Source: a virus
Lineage: Duplodnaviria; Caudoviricetes
Length of the DNA: 50,923 bases
Strand: one strand, 5' to 3'
Virus record (IMG/VR): IMGVR_UViG_3300023181_000011
Span: 1-50,923 of that record
In this document: positions 26,951 through 35,222 of the stretch, one piece after another
Numbering within the stretch: the first letter of the stretch is position 1
How the letters are laid out: the number at the start of each line of letters is the position of its first letter
Program-made: the position numbers and the translations under genes
The notes under the pieces: generated by a model
What the model saw: the letters and a program-made list of their open reading frames with translations, nothing else
Told to the model about the DNA's origin: nothing
Database searches by the model: none

Positions 26951-28404
26951 ACACTGATAAAATCATTACCGCAGCTAAGACTTATCTTGGGTCTGAAGCA
27001 ACTGCAACCAGCTTTAACGGCCTTGTGCTTCAGGCGGCTAACAAGTACCTCGCCTATGACCGTACAGCGCTCCCTGATGCCCTCAAGGACGCTCTTAACC
27101 AGTACCTAACCAACGACCGCATTGCTCTCACAGACGCCATGTACGACGCTGCAATCCAGTTCCTTGCTGGTGATGATGATATGGGTGATGCAGTCAGTGC
27201 GGCCATTGAGAAGTACATCAGGGTTGGTGGATCGTTTACCGGTCTTGACCTTGACTTTGCCAATAACCGTTATGCACTTAATGGTGCGTACAGTTCAACA
27301 TTCCCAGCTGGTTGGTCATTCACTCGGGCGTCTCCGAAGACGGCACCAGCCCCTAATGGTTTGCTGTCATTTGCAACCGGCGTGCCTGCTATTGTTCCAA
27401 CACGAGGGCTCCTCGTGGAGGAGGCGCGGACGAACATACTTTCGTACAGTACTCCGGGCACGCTAGGATGGGCGTTGTTGAACACGACAGCTATCCAGAA
27501 TGCAGCATCCTCGCCCACAGGCGCTATCGATGCAATGCGCCTAACATCTTCAGCTGCTTCCCAAGCTCGTGCAGAGATAGGCGGGTTCGTTAACTCAGTG
27601 GCATACATGGTTTCAGCGTATGCTAAATTAGAAACGGCTCGGTACGTTGGATTTGGTCACTATAATGGTACGACCGACAGTTATGCTTCGTTTGATCTCC
27701 AAACTGGAACGGTCGTCGGGGCGTCTGGGCCTGAGTTTTCAGATTTAGCGATTGCAGTTTTAGCTGACGGTTGGTTCCGTGTTTCAGCCGCGTGGACGAG
27801 TGCGGGGGCGGGTTCTCAGTTAAAACTGCTAGTCAGTAATAATCCTGCACTGCCCGCAAACACCGGGAACGGCATTAGTTCTCTGTTTTGGGGGTGCCAA
27901 CTTGAAGCAGTACCGGCGGCTGCACCAGGAGCCACGTCTCTTATTGTAACCACGGGATCAGCCGTTACTCGGCCTTCGGACGTCCCAACCCAAAACTTTA
28001 CGCCCGGGGCCGAGGGTGTTCTTATGGTCGAATGGATTGAACCGGAAGTCTTAAATACAGGCTTCTCTAGGCTTATCGGCAGTAATGGTGCAGGAGCTTT
28101 AGCGCCTATTACAGCTTTTGGTACAGACCGCTCGCAGATTGCCAGCTGGAATGGTGCTATGCAAATTGGTGCTGTTATGCCAACAAGAGTCGTAGGACAA
28201 AGGTACAAAGCTGCTCTATGTTGGGACGCAAATGGTCGTAGGTTTGTAGGTACAGGCGGTAATGTTGCGTCTGATGCAAATGGTATCGGATCGTTTACAC
28301 AGCTTGTTATTGGATACTCCCCGGTCTTAAGCGGGTTTATCAAACGTGTGAGTGCTTACAATACTGCTATGACAAACGCCCAGCTTCAGGCCTTAGTGGC
28401 ATGA
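26947..28404 (+). CDS. Fibre/spike protein with carbohydrate-binding (LamG-like) C terminus
   Basis: LDLDFA...FTRAS...GLLVEE.RTN...GWFR...WG.QLE...TS.I.T.....TR pattern. Confidence 0.75.
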   Translation: MNTDKIITAAKTYLGSEATATSFNGLVLQAANKYLAYDRTALPDALKDALNQYLTNDRIALTDAMYDAAIQFLAGDDDMGDAVSAAIEKYIRVGGSFTGLDLDFANNRYALNGAYSSTFPAGWSFTRASPKTAPAPNGLLSFATGVPAIVPTRGLLVEEARTNILSYSTPGTLGWALLNTTAIQNAASSPTGAIDAMRLTSSAASQARAEIGGFVNSVAYMVSAYAKLETARYVGFGHYNGTTDSYASFDLQTGTVVGASGPEFSDLAIAVLADGWFRVSAAWTSAGAGSQLKLLVSNNPALPANTGNGISSLFWGCQLEAVPAAAPGATSLIVTTGSAVTRPSDVPTQNFTPGAEGVLMVEWIEPEVLNTGFSRLIGSNGAGALAPITAFGTDRSQIASWNGAMQIGAVMPTRVVGQRYKAALCWDANGRRFVGTGGNVASDANGIGSFTQLVIGYSPVLSGFIKRVSAYNTAMTNAQLQALVA

Positions 28405-28694
28405 AATGGTTCTTAGCCCTTCCGCTTTTACTTGCTGCCTGTGAGCAACCACCCGGTCCATCCTTCAACGCTAAACCTCCTGTGGCTTACCAAGGTGACG
28501 CACAGTTCACCGTCGTTACAACGTCAGCGGGAACCATCCAGCGCATCTGTAACGACCCCAATGCCCGCTTCTGTGCTGTCAACAACACGGTTTTTACAAC
28601 TAACCCCTGTAACTGGACGGACCCTTACGCTAACGCCATGTGCCACGAAAAAGGACATATCAACGGATGGCCTTCAAACCACCCCGTAAAATAA
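28401..28694 (+). CDS. Small lipoprotein with an HExxH motif
   Basis: Lipobox LAAC; CHEKGH; four further Cys. Confidence 0.75.
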   Translation: MKWFLALPLLLAACEQPPGPSFNAKPPVAYQGDAQFTVVTTSAGTIQRICNDPNARFCAVNNTVFTTNPCNWTDPYANAMCHEKGHINGWPSNHPVK

Positions 28695-29170
28695 ACTTCA
28701 GCTGGGTGCTTAGGCCGGACGTGATAGACGCTGTGCGCTCTTGGTTTGCAACCCTCAGTGGTGTTGCTGCCAGCGCCTTCAGCTTCGTTATCGTCATCCT
28801 AGCCCTCGTCTACACAAGAGCCGACAGTGGAACGATTCTTCTCACCGCTCTTGTCCTCACCCACATCGAGGCCATCCTGTGCCTCTTTTACCTACAGCGC
28901 CTCAGTCTTGAATCCCTCAAGGGTAAGATCGGCGTCGTTGAATTAGAAATGGAAACCCATGGCAGCCAACCACAAGTTCAGCAAGTTGTCAAAACAAAGG
29001 CTTACGGGAGTCAATCCGAAGTTAGTACAAGTGGTCCAACGAGCACTGGAACTGACGACGCAGGACTTCTCAGTGTTAGAGGGGGTTCGGACAGCACAAC
29101 GACAGCGGGAGCTGTACCAACAGGGCCGGACAACCCCGGGGAACATCGTAACGTGGACGCTAAAGTCTAA
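28667..29170 (+). CDS. Putative holin (2 TM) with a long C-terminal tail overlapping the endolysin
   Basis: Two hydrophobic segments; immediately upstream of the endolysin. Confidence 0.6.
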   Translation: MAFKPPRKINFSWVLRPDVIDAVRSWFATLSGVAASAFSFVIVILALVYTRADSGTILLTALVLTHIEAILCLFYLQRLSLESLKGKIGVVELEMETHGSQPQVQQVVKTKAYGSQSEVSTSGPTSTGTDDAGLLSVRGGSDSTTTAGAVPTGPDNPGEHRNVDAKV

Positions 29171-29372
29171 ACACATCGACGGTGTTGCCGTAGACCTTAT
29201 CCCTTACCCCCTTGACTGGAACGACACCAAGGCCTTCAACGCAATCGCGGAGGCAATGTTCAAGGCGTCTAAGGAACTCAAGATTCCCATCCGTTGGGGT
29301 GCGGACTGGGATCAAGACGGGAAGCCGCGTGAGCGTGGTGAAACCGACAGCCCCCACTTTGAATTAATCTAA
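28959..29372 (+). CDS. Endolysin, M15 family L-alanyl-D-glutamate peptidase
   Basis: EG.RT..RQ..LY..GRT, SKH..G.AVD, RWG.DW, D.PHFEL. Confidence 0.93.
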   Translation: MAANHKFSKLSKQRLTGVNPKLVQVVQRALELTTQDFSVLEGVRTAQRQRELYQQGRTTPGNIVTWTLKSKHIDGVAVDLIPYPLDWNDTKAFNAIAEAMFKASKELKIPIRWGADWDQDGKPRERGETDSPHFELI

Positions 29373-29383
29373 AGGATCACTAA

Positions 29384-29650
29384 ATGACCAAAACTGTATC
29401 GTTTACCGCCAATGAAATCCGACAGAAGCTTCGTGACGTCACTGAGTCTTACGGGGCAGGCATTCAACTCAAGGTAGATAAGGATTGGAACATTGAACCC
29501 TACAATGACCCGGACCTCTCAGAAGAGACACCAGAAGAGTCTGAAAAGCGTGCTGAGCGACAAGCAACCGAAGCCAAGAAGCGCGAAGACAAAGAGAAAG
29601 ACCTTCAAGCCAAAATCGACGAGGCGCGGGACCTGAAAGTCCGCCTCTGA
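29384..29650 (+). CDS. Hypothetical charged protein, last gene of the late arm
   Basis: AAGGA RBS; E/K-rich. Confidence 0.75.
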   Translation: MTKTVSFTANEIRQKLRDVTESYGAGIQLKVDKDWNIEPYNDPDLSEETPEESEKRAERQATEAKKREDKEKDLQAKIDEARDLKVRL

Positions 29651-29695
29651 AGGGAGGTGATCCAAATCTCGTAGCTGCTACGAAACAGCAGGCAT

Positions 29696-29737
29696 AAAAA
29701 GGCCCCCTAGAGCGCAAGCCCTAGGGGGTTTCTTTTT
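29696..29737. terminator. Bidirectional intrinsic terminator between the convergent arms
   Basis: AAAAA-GGCCCCCTAG.GC-GCAA-GC.CTAGGGGGTT-TCTTTTT. Confidence 0.92.
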
Positions 29738-29758
29738 GTCTAGATTGTCTCGGTAGAC

Positions 29759-29827
29759 TTACACACGGCGCAGGACAACCAGCAGCAGGGTGATCGAGCT
29801 AACGATAAGGGTTGCAATAGCAATCAT
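29759..29827 (-). CDS. 22-aa transmembrane peptide (MIAIATLIVSSITLLLVVLRRV)
   Basis: AAGGA RBS, ATGA overlap with the i-spanin stop. Confidence 0.65.
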   Translation of the reverse strand: MIAIATLIVSSITLLLVVLRRV

Positions 29828-30333
29828 TTGTCATTCCTTTGTGGTTCAATGAGTTCTTCTTCTACCCAATCAATGAGGGCATTGTAACGAGTACTCACCT
29901 CGTTGTATTGACCGATGGCTGTGAGGGACCAGTCGGTAAGGTCGGTAACGGTTGTGGTCGAATCAGCAGGGATCCCGGCGGGATCGGCCTGAGGACTGCC
30001 GGTGATTGCTTCGTTGAGCACCCCGACAGCAACAGGACTAACAGGACAACTGTTAACAGGGACAAGGCTGAGACGGTGCTGTAGCGTCTTGTTGCGTTCC
30101 ACAGCCAGCTGTAGGTTTTCTGCCAGTTCACGTTCGCGGTCAACATTTCTTACTTGTACCTCTTGTATTTCTTTAACTGGGACATATAGGGTCTTCGTGA
30201 CAATACGCGCTTCGTTACGTGAACCAACCAAGTAGCCAGCCCCATATAAACCGGCACCAACAGCAAGAACAGCAGCACCAGCAAGAAGGTAAAGCTTGTA
30301 TCGAGATAGTCCATTAGTGATTACACTCCACAT
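29824..30333 (-). CDS. Inner-membrane spanin (Rz-like)
   Basis: N-terminal TM, coiled-coil periplasmic domain, embedded lipoprotein gene. Confidence 0.8.
   Translation of the reverse strand: MWSVITNGLSRYKLYLLAGAAVLAVGAGLYGAGYLVGSRNEARIVTKTLYVPVKEIQEVQVRNVDRERELAENLQLAVERNKTLQHRLSLVPVNSCPVSPVAVGVLNEAITGSPQADPAGIPADSTTTVTDLTDWSLTAIGQYNEVSTRYNALIDWVEEELIEPQRNDK
29895..30146 (-). CDS. Outer-membrane spanin (Rz1-like), embedded in the i-spanin; exact start uncertain
   Basis: Hydrophobic signal plus lipobox LSGC and Pro-rich mature region in an alternative frame. Confidence 0.8.
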   Translation of the reverse strand: MLTANVNWQKTYSWLWNATRRYSTVSALSLLTVVLLVLLLSGCSTKQSPAVLRPIPPGSLLIRPQPLPTLPTGPSQPSVNTTR

Positions 30334-32000
30334 GATCCGCCCTTTCCGCTGATGTCACAAATATCGTGGGTCTCTACGTTCTCTTCAAACGTCTCACCCA
30401 GCTGCTTAACCGCTTCAGAATATTTAACGCTAGTAAGAGGCTGGCCCCCACGAGCACCATCAGGATAGACGGTAAAGCCGCGAAGGCGATGAGCGTAACT
30501 AGCAAGAGTCCCAGCGAAAGCATCAACAGTATCAGGGTTGTTAAGATCAGAACCCCACGAAGGTAAGTTAATAGTCGAACTAATCGACTGGTCCACATAG
30601 TCCTGAACGTCTGCTTGGAACTTGATCCGTTGTTCATAGTTTTCTGCTAGGTCAACAGCGCTTTCAATGTTGTCAGCGTCTGCACCGTAAAGGTTGATTA
30701 GCTCTTGGGCTGTTCCGTCAACGACGTACTGGTAATGCCAGCGAGTCCCTTTAAGGAAACGTCTCTTATAGGCAACGGCAAAGAGGGGTTCAACGCCTGT
30801 AGTTGTACCAGCAAGGATGCCAATTGTTCCGGTAGGTGCGATAGCTCGTGTGGCCACAGGTCGGGATATTCCAAGAGCAGCACTGAATCTTTCACTAACA
30901 ACTGTAGACTGCGCCTTATATACTGCAAGCCATCTGTGGAGTTCGGGACTGACATTATAGCCACTTCCTTTCTTCATCAACCATTCGTGCATACCCATAA
31001 GGCCAAGACCAAGGCGCCGATTCTTAGCACGTACCGCTGCGACCTTCTCGTACGGTAAGTCGGCCTTGAGTGTGCCACAGATAAGAAACTGCGTCGCAAG
31101 GGTGACGATGTCTTTGAACTCGTCGAGGCTGTCGATGCGTCCGAGGTTGATTGAGCCAAGGTTACAGACATCACTATCGTCTTCCGACGTAACCTCAGTA
31201 CAAGCGTTTCTGAGTGTTTCGCGCTCTTTATCAAAGAAATTGAAACTGAACCCCGGTTCAGCAGTACGAAGGGCTTGCGCCACGTTTTGTTTGAATACGT
31301 CACCAACTTCTCCTGTCCGCCAATAATCCAATAACCATTCTGTGTCGTAGTTAACACTGATGTTGGTCATGTCCATCGGTGCCGGGAAGTTAAAGTCTTG
31401 TTGCTTAATATCCCATAGCGATTGTCCAGTAGTCCCGACTGGCATTGACTCCCAATCTTTTGACTTTAAGAACGCTTGGATATCCCCGTGCTTCCAGTTC
31501 AGAGACGCGTAAATAGCTGACCGCCTTGAGCCCCCCTGCATGACCCGACGGCCAATCTCGTTCAGCATCTGCATCTTTGGTATTGGACCAGACGCTGTAC
31601 CCCCCGTCCGGCCTAAGTTCGCACCTTCCGGGCGATACACCGAATAGTCGACACCAATACCCCCGCCCGTCATCAAACAGCTCTCGGCTTTCCACGAAAG
31701 ATTTGCCCAATCTTGCCTCGTATCTTCCTCTGCCTTCAGCAGATAACAGTTGTTATAGAACTTAGCCTGCCGACCTGCATAGTACAGGTATCGGCCACCG
31801 GGGATAAACTTCATTTCTTGGACGTAGCGGATCAGCTGATCTACTTGGTCCTTTGGCATGTGCTCCGAACAGACTTCAGAAATCAGGACGTGTGATAGAT
31901 CGTTCCACGTCTCTGCACCTTCATGTGCGTACTTCTGCTTGAAGATGTCCTCACTGAACTTTGATCGGAATGCTGGGTTTTCGTTTGACCTAAAGCTCAA
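30321..32000 (-). CDS. nrdJ: Class II (adenosylcobalamin-dependent) ribonucleotide reductase
   Basis: PGGR..Y, NNCY, NACTE, CNLGS, RRLGLG.MG, IAPTGT, C-terminal Cys pair; no beta-subunit gene seen. Confidence 0.9.
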   Translation of the reverse strand: MSFRSNENPAFRSKFSEDIFKQKYAHEGAETWNDLSHVLISEVCSEHMPKDQVDQLIRYVQEMKFIPGGRYLYYAGRQAKFYNNCYLLKAEEDTRQDWANLSWKAESCLMTGGGIGVDYSVYRPEGANLGRTGGTASGPIPKMQMLNEIGRRVMQGGSRRSAIYASLNWKHGDIQAFLKSKDWESMPVGTTGQSLWDIKQQDFNFPAPMDMTNISVNYDTEWLLDYWRTGEVGDVFKQNVAQALRTAEPGFSFNFFDKERETLRNACTEVTSEDDSDVCNLGSINLGRIDSLDEFKDIVTLATQFLICGTLKADLPYEKVAAVRAKNRRLGLGLMGMHEWLMKKGSGYNVSPELHRWLAVYKAQSTVVSERFSAALGISRPVATRAIAPTGTIGILAGTTTGVEPLFAVAYKRRFLKGTRWHYQYVVDGTAQELINLYGADADNIESAVDLAENYEQRIKFQADVQDYVDQSISSTINLPSWGSDLNNPDTVDAFAGTLASYAHRLRGFTVYPDGARGGQPLTSVKYSEAVKQLGETFEENVETHDICDISGKGGSCGV

Positions 32001-32206
32001 TTGTCTTCATCTTCCCTGTCTTTGGCTAATGGATCGTACCCCTCTTGAAGGAAGTACGGGTCGAGGTTATGGTATCGCCTAAAGCGGCGTTCGTCTTCGT
32101 CTTCAACGACCTTGACCGCCTTTTCCTTCTTAGGCTTTCGGAGGTCCTTGGTGATGTGGTCCTTGCGGCGTCGGCTGTGTCGGAGCTTTGACTCGAAGTC
32201 TGCCAT
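31997..32206 (-). CDS. Small basic/acidic hypothetical protein
   Basis: RR+dHI.KDLR.PK pattern; overlaps the RNR start. Confidence 0.65.
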   Translation of the reverse strand: MADFESKLRHSRRRKDHITKDLRKPKKEKAVKVVEDEDERRFRRYHNLDPYFLQEGYDPLAKDREDEDN

Positions 32207-32345
32207 CCGGTATCTTAAATCCTACTGTTGGTCGTTCGTGGTACAGGGGAACCCCGTGGTGATCGTACAGACCAGACCACTGAGGCTCCCCCGCTTCGTC
32301 TAGCTGAGGCGTTGGCAGATAGAGTGCGGCGTAAAACTCATCCAT
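32130..32345 (-). CDS. Hypothetical protein
   Basis: SGLYD..G.PLY....vGF pattern; packed between neighbours. Confidence 0.55.
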   Translation of the reverse strand: MDEFYAALYLPTPQLDEAGEPQWSGLYDHHGVPLYHERPTVGFKIPDGRLRVKAPTQPTPQGPHHQGPPKA

Positions 32346-32715
32346 CAATCTGCTTTGTCAGCTGTACAATGACACCCGGTACTTTACTTGGTGTTGGGCG
32401 ATCATCGACAAGGCTTCCCTGCGCTTCGGCGTCCAGTACGATGGCGAGACAAGCGGCTGCATGGCCAAGATGATGTACTCCACTGTCCACTGCAACCCCT
32501 TCGCCTCCGTCATACCAAGCAATGATGTGTCGGTAAGCAGCGTCGATATACGTTGATGCGCTAACGGGGTCATTCCGCCAGTTAGCCGGTCCATATTTGG
32601 AAGCTCCGTCTCGAAACGCGTCTGCGATGTGGAGTTGGGCAGTTCCGGGAATAAGGCTAATTGCTGGCTTTGCTTTTCCATACTTAGTCTTGGGGTTCGT
32701 GTCCGTAATCGTCAC
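32338..32715 (-). CDS. dATP/dGTP diphosphohydrolase domain protein (DUF5664-like)
   Basis: NPK..yG..K...LIP, GA.KYG..NWR, Y.dA..RH, DSG..HL.HA...L.I..D, DDRP. Confidence 0.88.
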   Translation of the reverse strand: MTITDTNPKTKYGKAKPAISLIPGTAQLHIADAFRDGASKYGPANWRNDPVSASTYIDAAYRHIIAWYDGGEGVAVDSGVHHLGHAAACLAIVLDAEAQGSLVDDRPTPSKVPGVIVQLTKQIDG

Positions 32716-32872
32716 TGTCTTCTAGTCCTAATGCTGATCGTACTCGGGGGTCACCCATGACTTCGTCGTAAAAGCGATCAACAAAGTCCTTGGAGCTGAT
32801 ATCCAGAATCTCACAAAGTTCGTCCGGAGTAAACCGGTCAATTACATGATTATACAGTTCGTCCTCGTCCAT
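32684..32872 (-). CDS. Small acidic conserved protein
   Basis: pDELcEiLdIss..fVdrF.D pattern. Confidence 0.7.
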   Translation of the reverse strand: MDEDELYNHVIDRFTPDELCEILDISSKDFVDRFYDEVMGDPRVRSALGLEDSDDYGHEPQD

Positions 32873-32874
32873 TC

Positions 32875-33624
32875 TTAGCCATATACTTCCTTGAGTCGCT
32901 TGAGACTGATGTGTTCGATGTCGTACGAGCCGTTCTGTACGTCACGCTTAATGACTACGCCCGGATTCCACATCTTGTTTGCAGGACCTGCGAAATCTGC
33001 GTGATAATCCTGATACACTCCGCAGACGAGACCGTGAAGTCTGTTTCCTCGGACGTCTGTTCGAATGTGATAATCGAATAGGTGCGAGTGCCCTTGGGTG
33101 ACCGAGCTGAACTGCTTGAGAATGAGTGATCGAGCATGAGATTCACCACCGATTGGTCGTCCCATAATACCAGACGTGAAGTAGTGCTGATACGTGACTC
33201 CGTCAACTTCGACTGGAACAAGGAAAGGATATTCTTCAAACCCAGCTTCTTTGGACATGAGATCGCTAAGGCCGATAGTTCCTTCGAGGACGGGGTCTCG
33301 GTCGACGGCTTTGGAGATTCGGGCTTCGTGATTACCAAGAGTTCGTATGAACCTTGGGAGCTTTTTCTTTTGCTTTTTAACAATCGACATCATCCGATCT
33401 TGGGCGTCTAACCCTGCTTCGATATCTTTTTTGTAGCGACGACCTTCAAAGCCCTTTGTTCCTTTATCATAAGAACACAGGCTTGCCATATCCCACCAAT
33501 CACCGATGTCAACCACCACATCAGGCTTAACATCAGTAATAAGGTGACCAAGCCACTCGTAACGTTTGTTATGATGATCAGGATGGCTATGGCTATCCGG
33601 AATAATAAGATGGGTCTTACCCAT
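32875..33624 (-). CDS. Calcineurin-like metallophosphoesterase
   Basis: DSH, GD..D, GNHE, QGHSH motifs. Confidence 0.88.
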   Translation of the reverse strand: MGKTHLIIPDSHSHPDHHNKRYEWLGHLITDVKPDVVVDIGDWWDMASLCSYDKGTKGFEGRRYKKDIEAGLDAQDRMMSIVKKQKKKLPRFIRTLGNHEARISKAVDRDPVLEGTIGLSDLMSKEAGFEEYPFLVPVEVDGVTYQHYFTSGIMGRPIGGESHARSLILKQFSSVTQGHSHLFDYHIRTDVRGNRLHGLVCGVYQDYHADFAGPANKMWNPGVVIKRDVQNGSYDIEHISLKRLKEVYG

Positions 33625-33782
33625 TAATCGGTTCAACTTGCTGTTGAGACAGGGTGTACTGCGTAGGGTCCGTCTGACGGCTTACCCACATTTCTGCGTC
33701 ACCGTACCACTTGAACACCTTCTTGACAAAAGGGCCGTCTGCGGTAGGGTCGTAACGAATAACGATTGTTACCGTATCCATT
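33617..33782 (-). CDS. Small hypothetical protein (MDTVTIVIRY...)
   Basis: Fills the gap, overlapping both neighbours. Confidence 0.55.
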
Positions 33783-34110
33783 CTTCTGGAATCTTTCCTG
33801 TTGCCCACGGAAAACCGTGGCGTTCAGCCCATTGGGCGTGTGTTTGCTTCTGCCCTGAGATTTTCTTATGGGCATCCATGAATACGAAACGAATGTCTAG
33901 GTCTGGGTTCTGAGCTTTGACGGCTCGCATTTTAGCGACTTCGCCAGTTCTGAAATAACCTTTGGCCTCGATTATAATTCCGTTGTCCAAAATAAAATCG
34001 GGATTGTACGTATGTTTAATGACGTACGGCACTTTCAACGTTTCGTATCCGAACGCACACTTAGCAGCTTTTAACTGAGCCGCCAGTGTGCGTTCGAATC
34101 CAGACTTCAT
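33769..34110 (-). CDS. Endonuclease I / Holliday junction resolvase (T7 gp3-like)
   Basis: SGFE, Y.PDF.L.NGI.IE.KG, DIRFVF, WAE+hGF. Confidence 0.92.
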   Translation of the reverse strand: MKSGFERTLAAQLKAAKCAFGYETLKVPYVIKHTYNPDFILDNGIIIEAKGYFRTGEVAKMRAVKAQNPDLDIRFVFMDAHKKISGQKQTHAQWAERHGFPWATGKIPEEWIR

Positions 34111-34362
34111 TTAGTCTTCTGTGTCAGCCCGTTCGGAGTCTGCAACGTACAGGACGTCACTGGCCGAACAGATGAAGTTGATCGTCAGGGCTTCGTCAGC
34201 CTTGTCCAGAACGGCGTACAGATGGCCATTGAAGGCCGGATAGCCGAATGCCGGAACAACCTTCCCGTCCTTGAAGTGAAACTCGTACTCACGGGGTTCA
34301 GGGTCTTGAGTCGGCGCTTCATTAGATGTAATGCCGTACAGGGGGGTTACGTTATCGGTCAT
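34111..34362 (-). CDS. Hypothetical protein
   Basis: GAGG RBS; tight packing. Confidence 0.7.
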   Translation of the reverse strand: MTDNVTPLYGITSNEAPTQDPEPREYEFHFKDGKVVPAFGYPAFNGHLYAVLDKADEALTINFICSASDVLYVADSERADTED

Positions 34363-35222
34363 TAGAATGTTACCTCGTATTGATCTTTGGGTTCTTTGTT
34401 AACTTCGGTGAAGTGTACAGGCCCCTTAGCATAGAGGAACGTTCGGAGACCAATACCCCCATTTGAGTCTTTCCAGCAGTCGAACTTGAATGGACAGTAC
34501 GAACAGTTGACACCAAGGACTCTGTTACCAGACTTACCCATTTCCTCGTCTGAATAGCAACGAGGGGGCGGTGTTTCACTGTCTACAACTGCTTTAAGGT
34601 GTGCAATACGCCCGGGAATGTCGAGCGCAACGAGGTCTTCACGGGGCGCCTTAAGCAGAGCCAAGTGACCTTGTTCTTTTTCGACTGCGAGCCAAGCACC
34701 ATCAATGTCCCCCAAGGCGTTCGAATAACCCGCAAGCTGCTCATAGTAGCCGAAGGCATCGTTGTCTTGAAGAGTGCCGTCCTTAAACTTACGGAAAGCG
34801 TACTTGGATGCAGTCTTAACGTCAACAACGACCCCGTCAATAACGGCATCCATATGACCAACCACTCCATCCGTGACCACTTCTTCTTGTTCATGGGTTA
34901 CCTCGTGCCCAGCCTCTTTGGCCAGAAACAACATGATAGATTCCCATACGTCACCGAACAGGAACTTCATTTTGGTGTGTGCCGGAAGGACTTCCTTGGG
35001 GTGGTCCGATTTAACTTCGTACCAGACCTGTCGGTCTCCCTTACCAATCCCGGACATCCGGAGGGTACCCTTGACGCCCCTGCGGTCCTCAGCGAGCCTG
35101 TTGGCTACTGTGACTGCAATGGCACGTCCTAGGGCCTCCACGGCCTCCGGGTTGGACATATGACTGTCCTCCCCGAAGAGCGCTTCGATGTCTGGGATCA
35201 GTGTGTCAATGGTCTTAGAGAT
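34362..35222 (-). CDS. PD-(D/E)xK (Cas4-like) exonuclease; start either ATC at 35222 or ATG at 35159
   Basis: LRMS.IG, GH.DA..DG..VDVKTAS, Y..QL..Y, C.YC..K..CW. Confidence 0.88.
   Translation of the reverse strand: MSKTIDTLIPDIEALFGEDSHMSNPEAVEALGRAIAVTVANRLAEDRRGVKGTLRMSGIGKGDRQVWYEVKSDHPKEVLPAHTKMKFLFGDVWESIMLFLAKEAGHEVTHEQEEVVTDGVVGHMDAVIDGVVVDVKTASKYAFRKFKDGTLQDNDAFGYYEQLAGYSNALGDIDGAWLAVEKEQGHLALLKAPREDLVALDIPGRIAHLKAVVDSETPPPRCYSDEEMGKSGNRVLGVNCSYCPFKFDCWKDSNGGIGLRTFLYAKGPVHFTEVNKEPKDQYEVTF

Noticed and set aside
29648-29674. Stop-codon readthrough or alternative genetic code
   Set aside because: Readthrough would add only 8 aa, and all core genes are intact under the standard code
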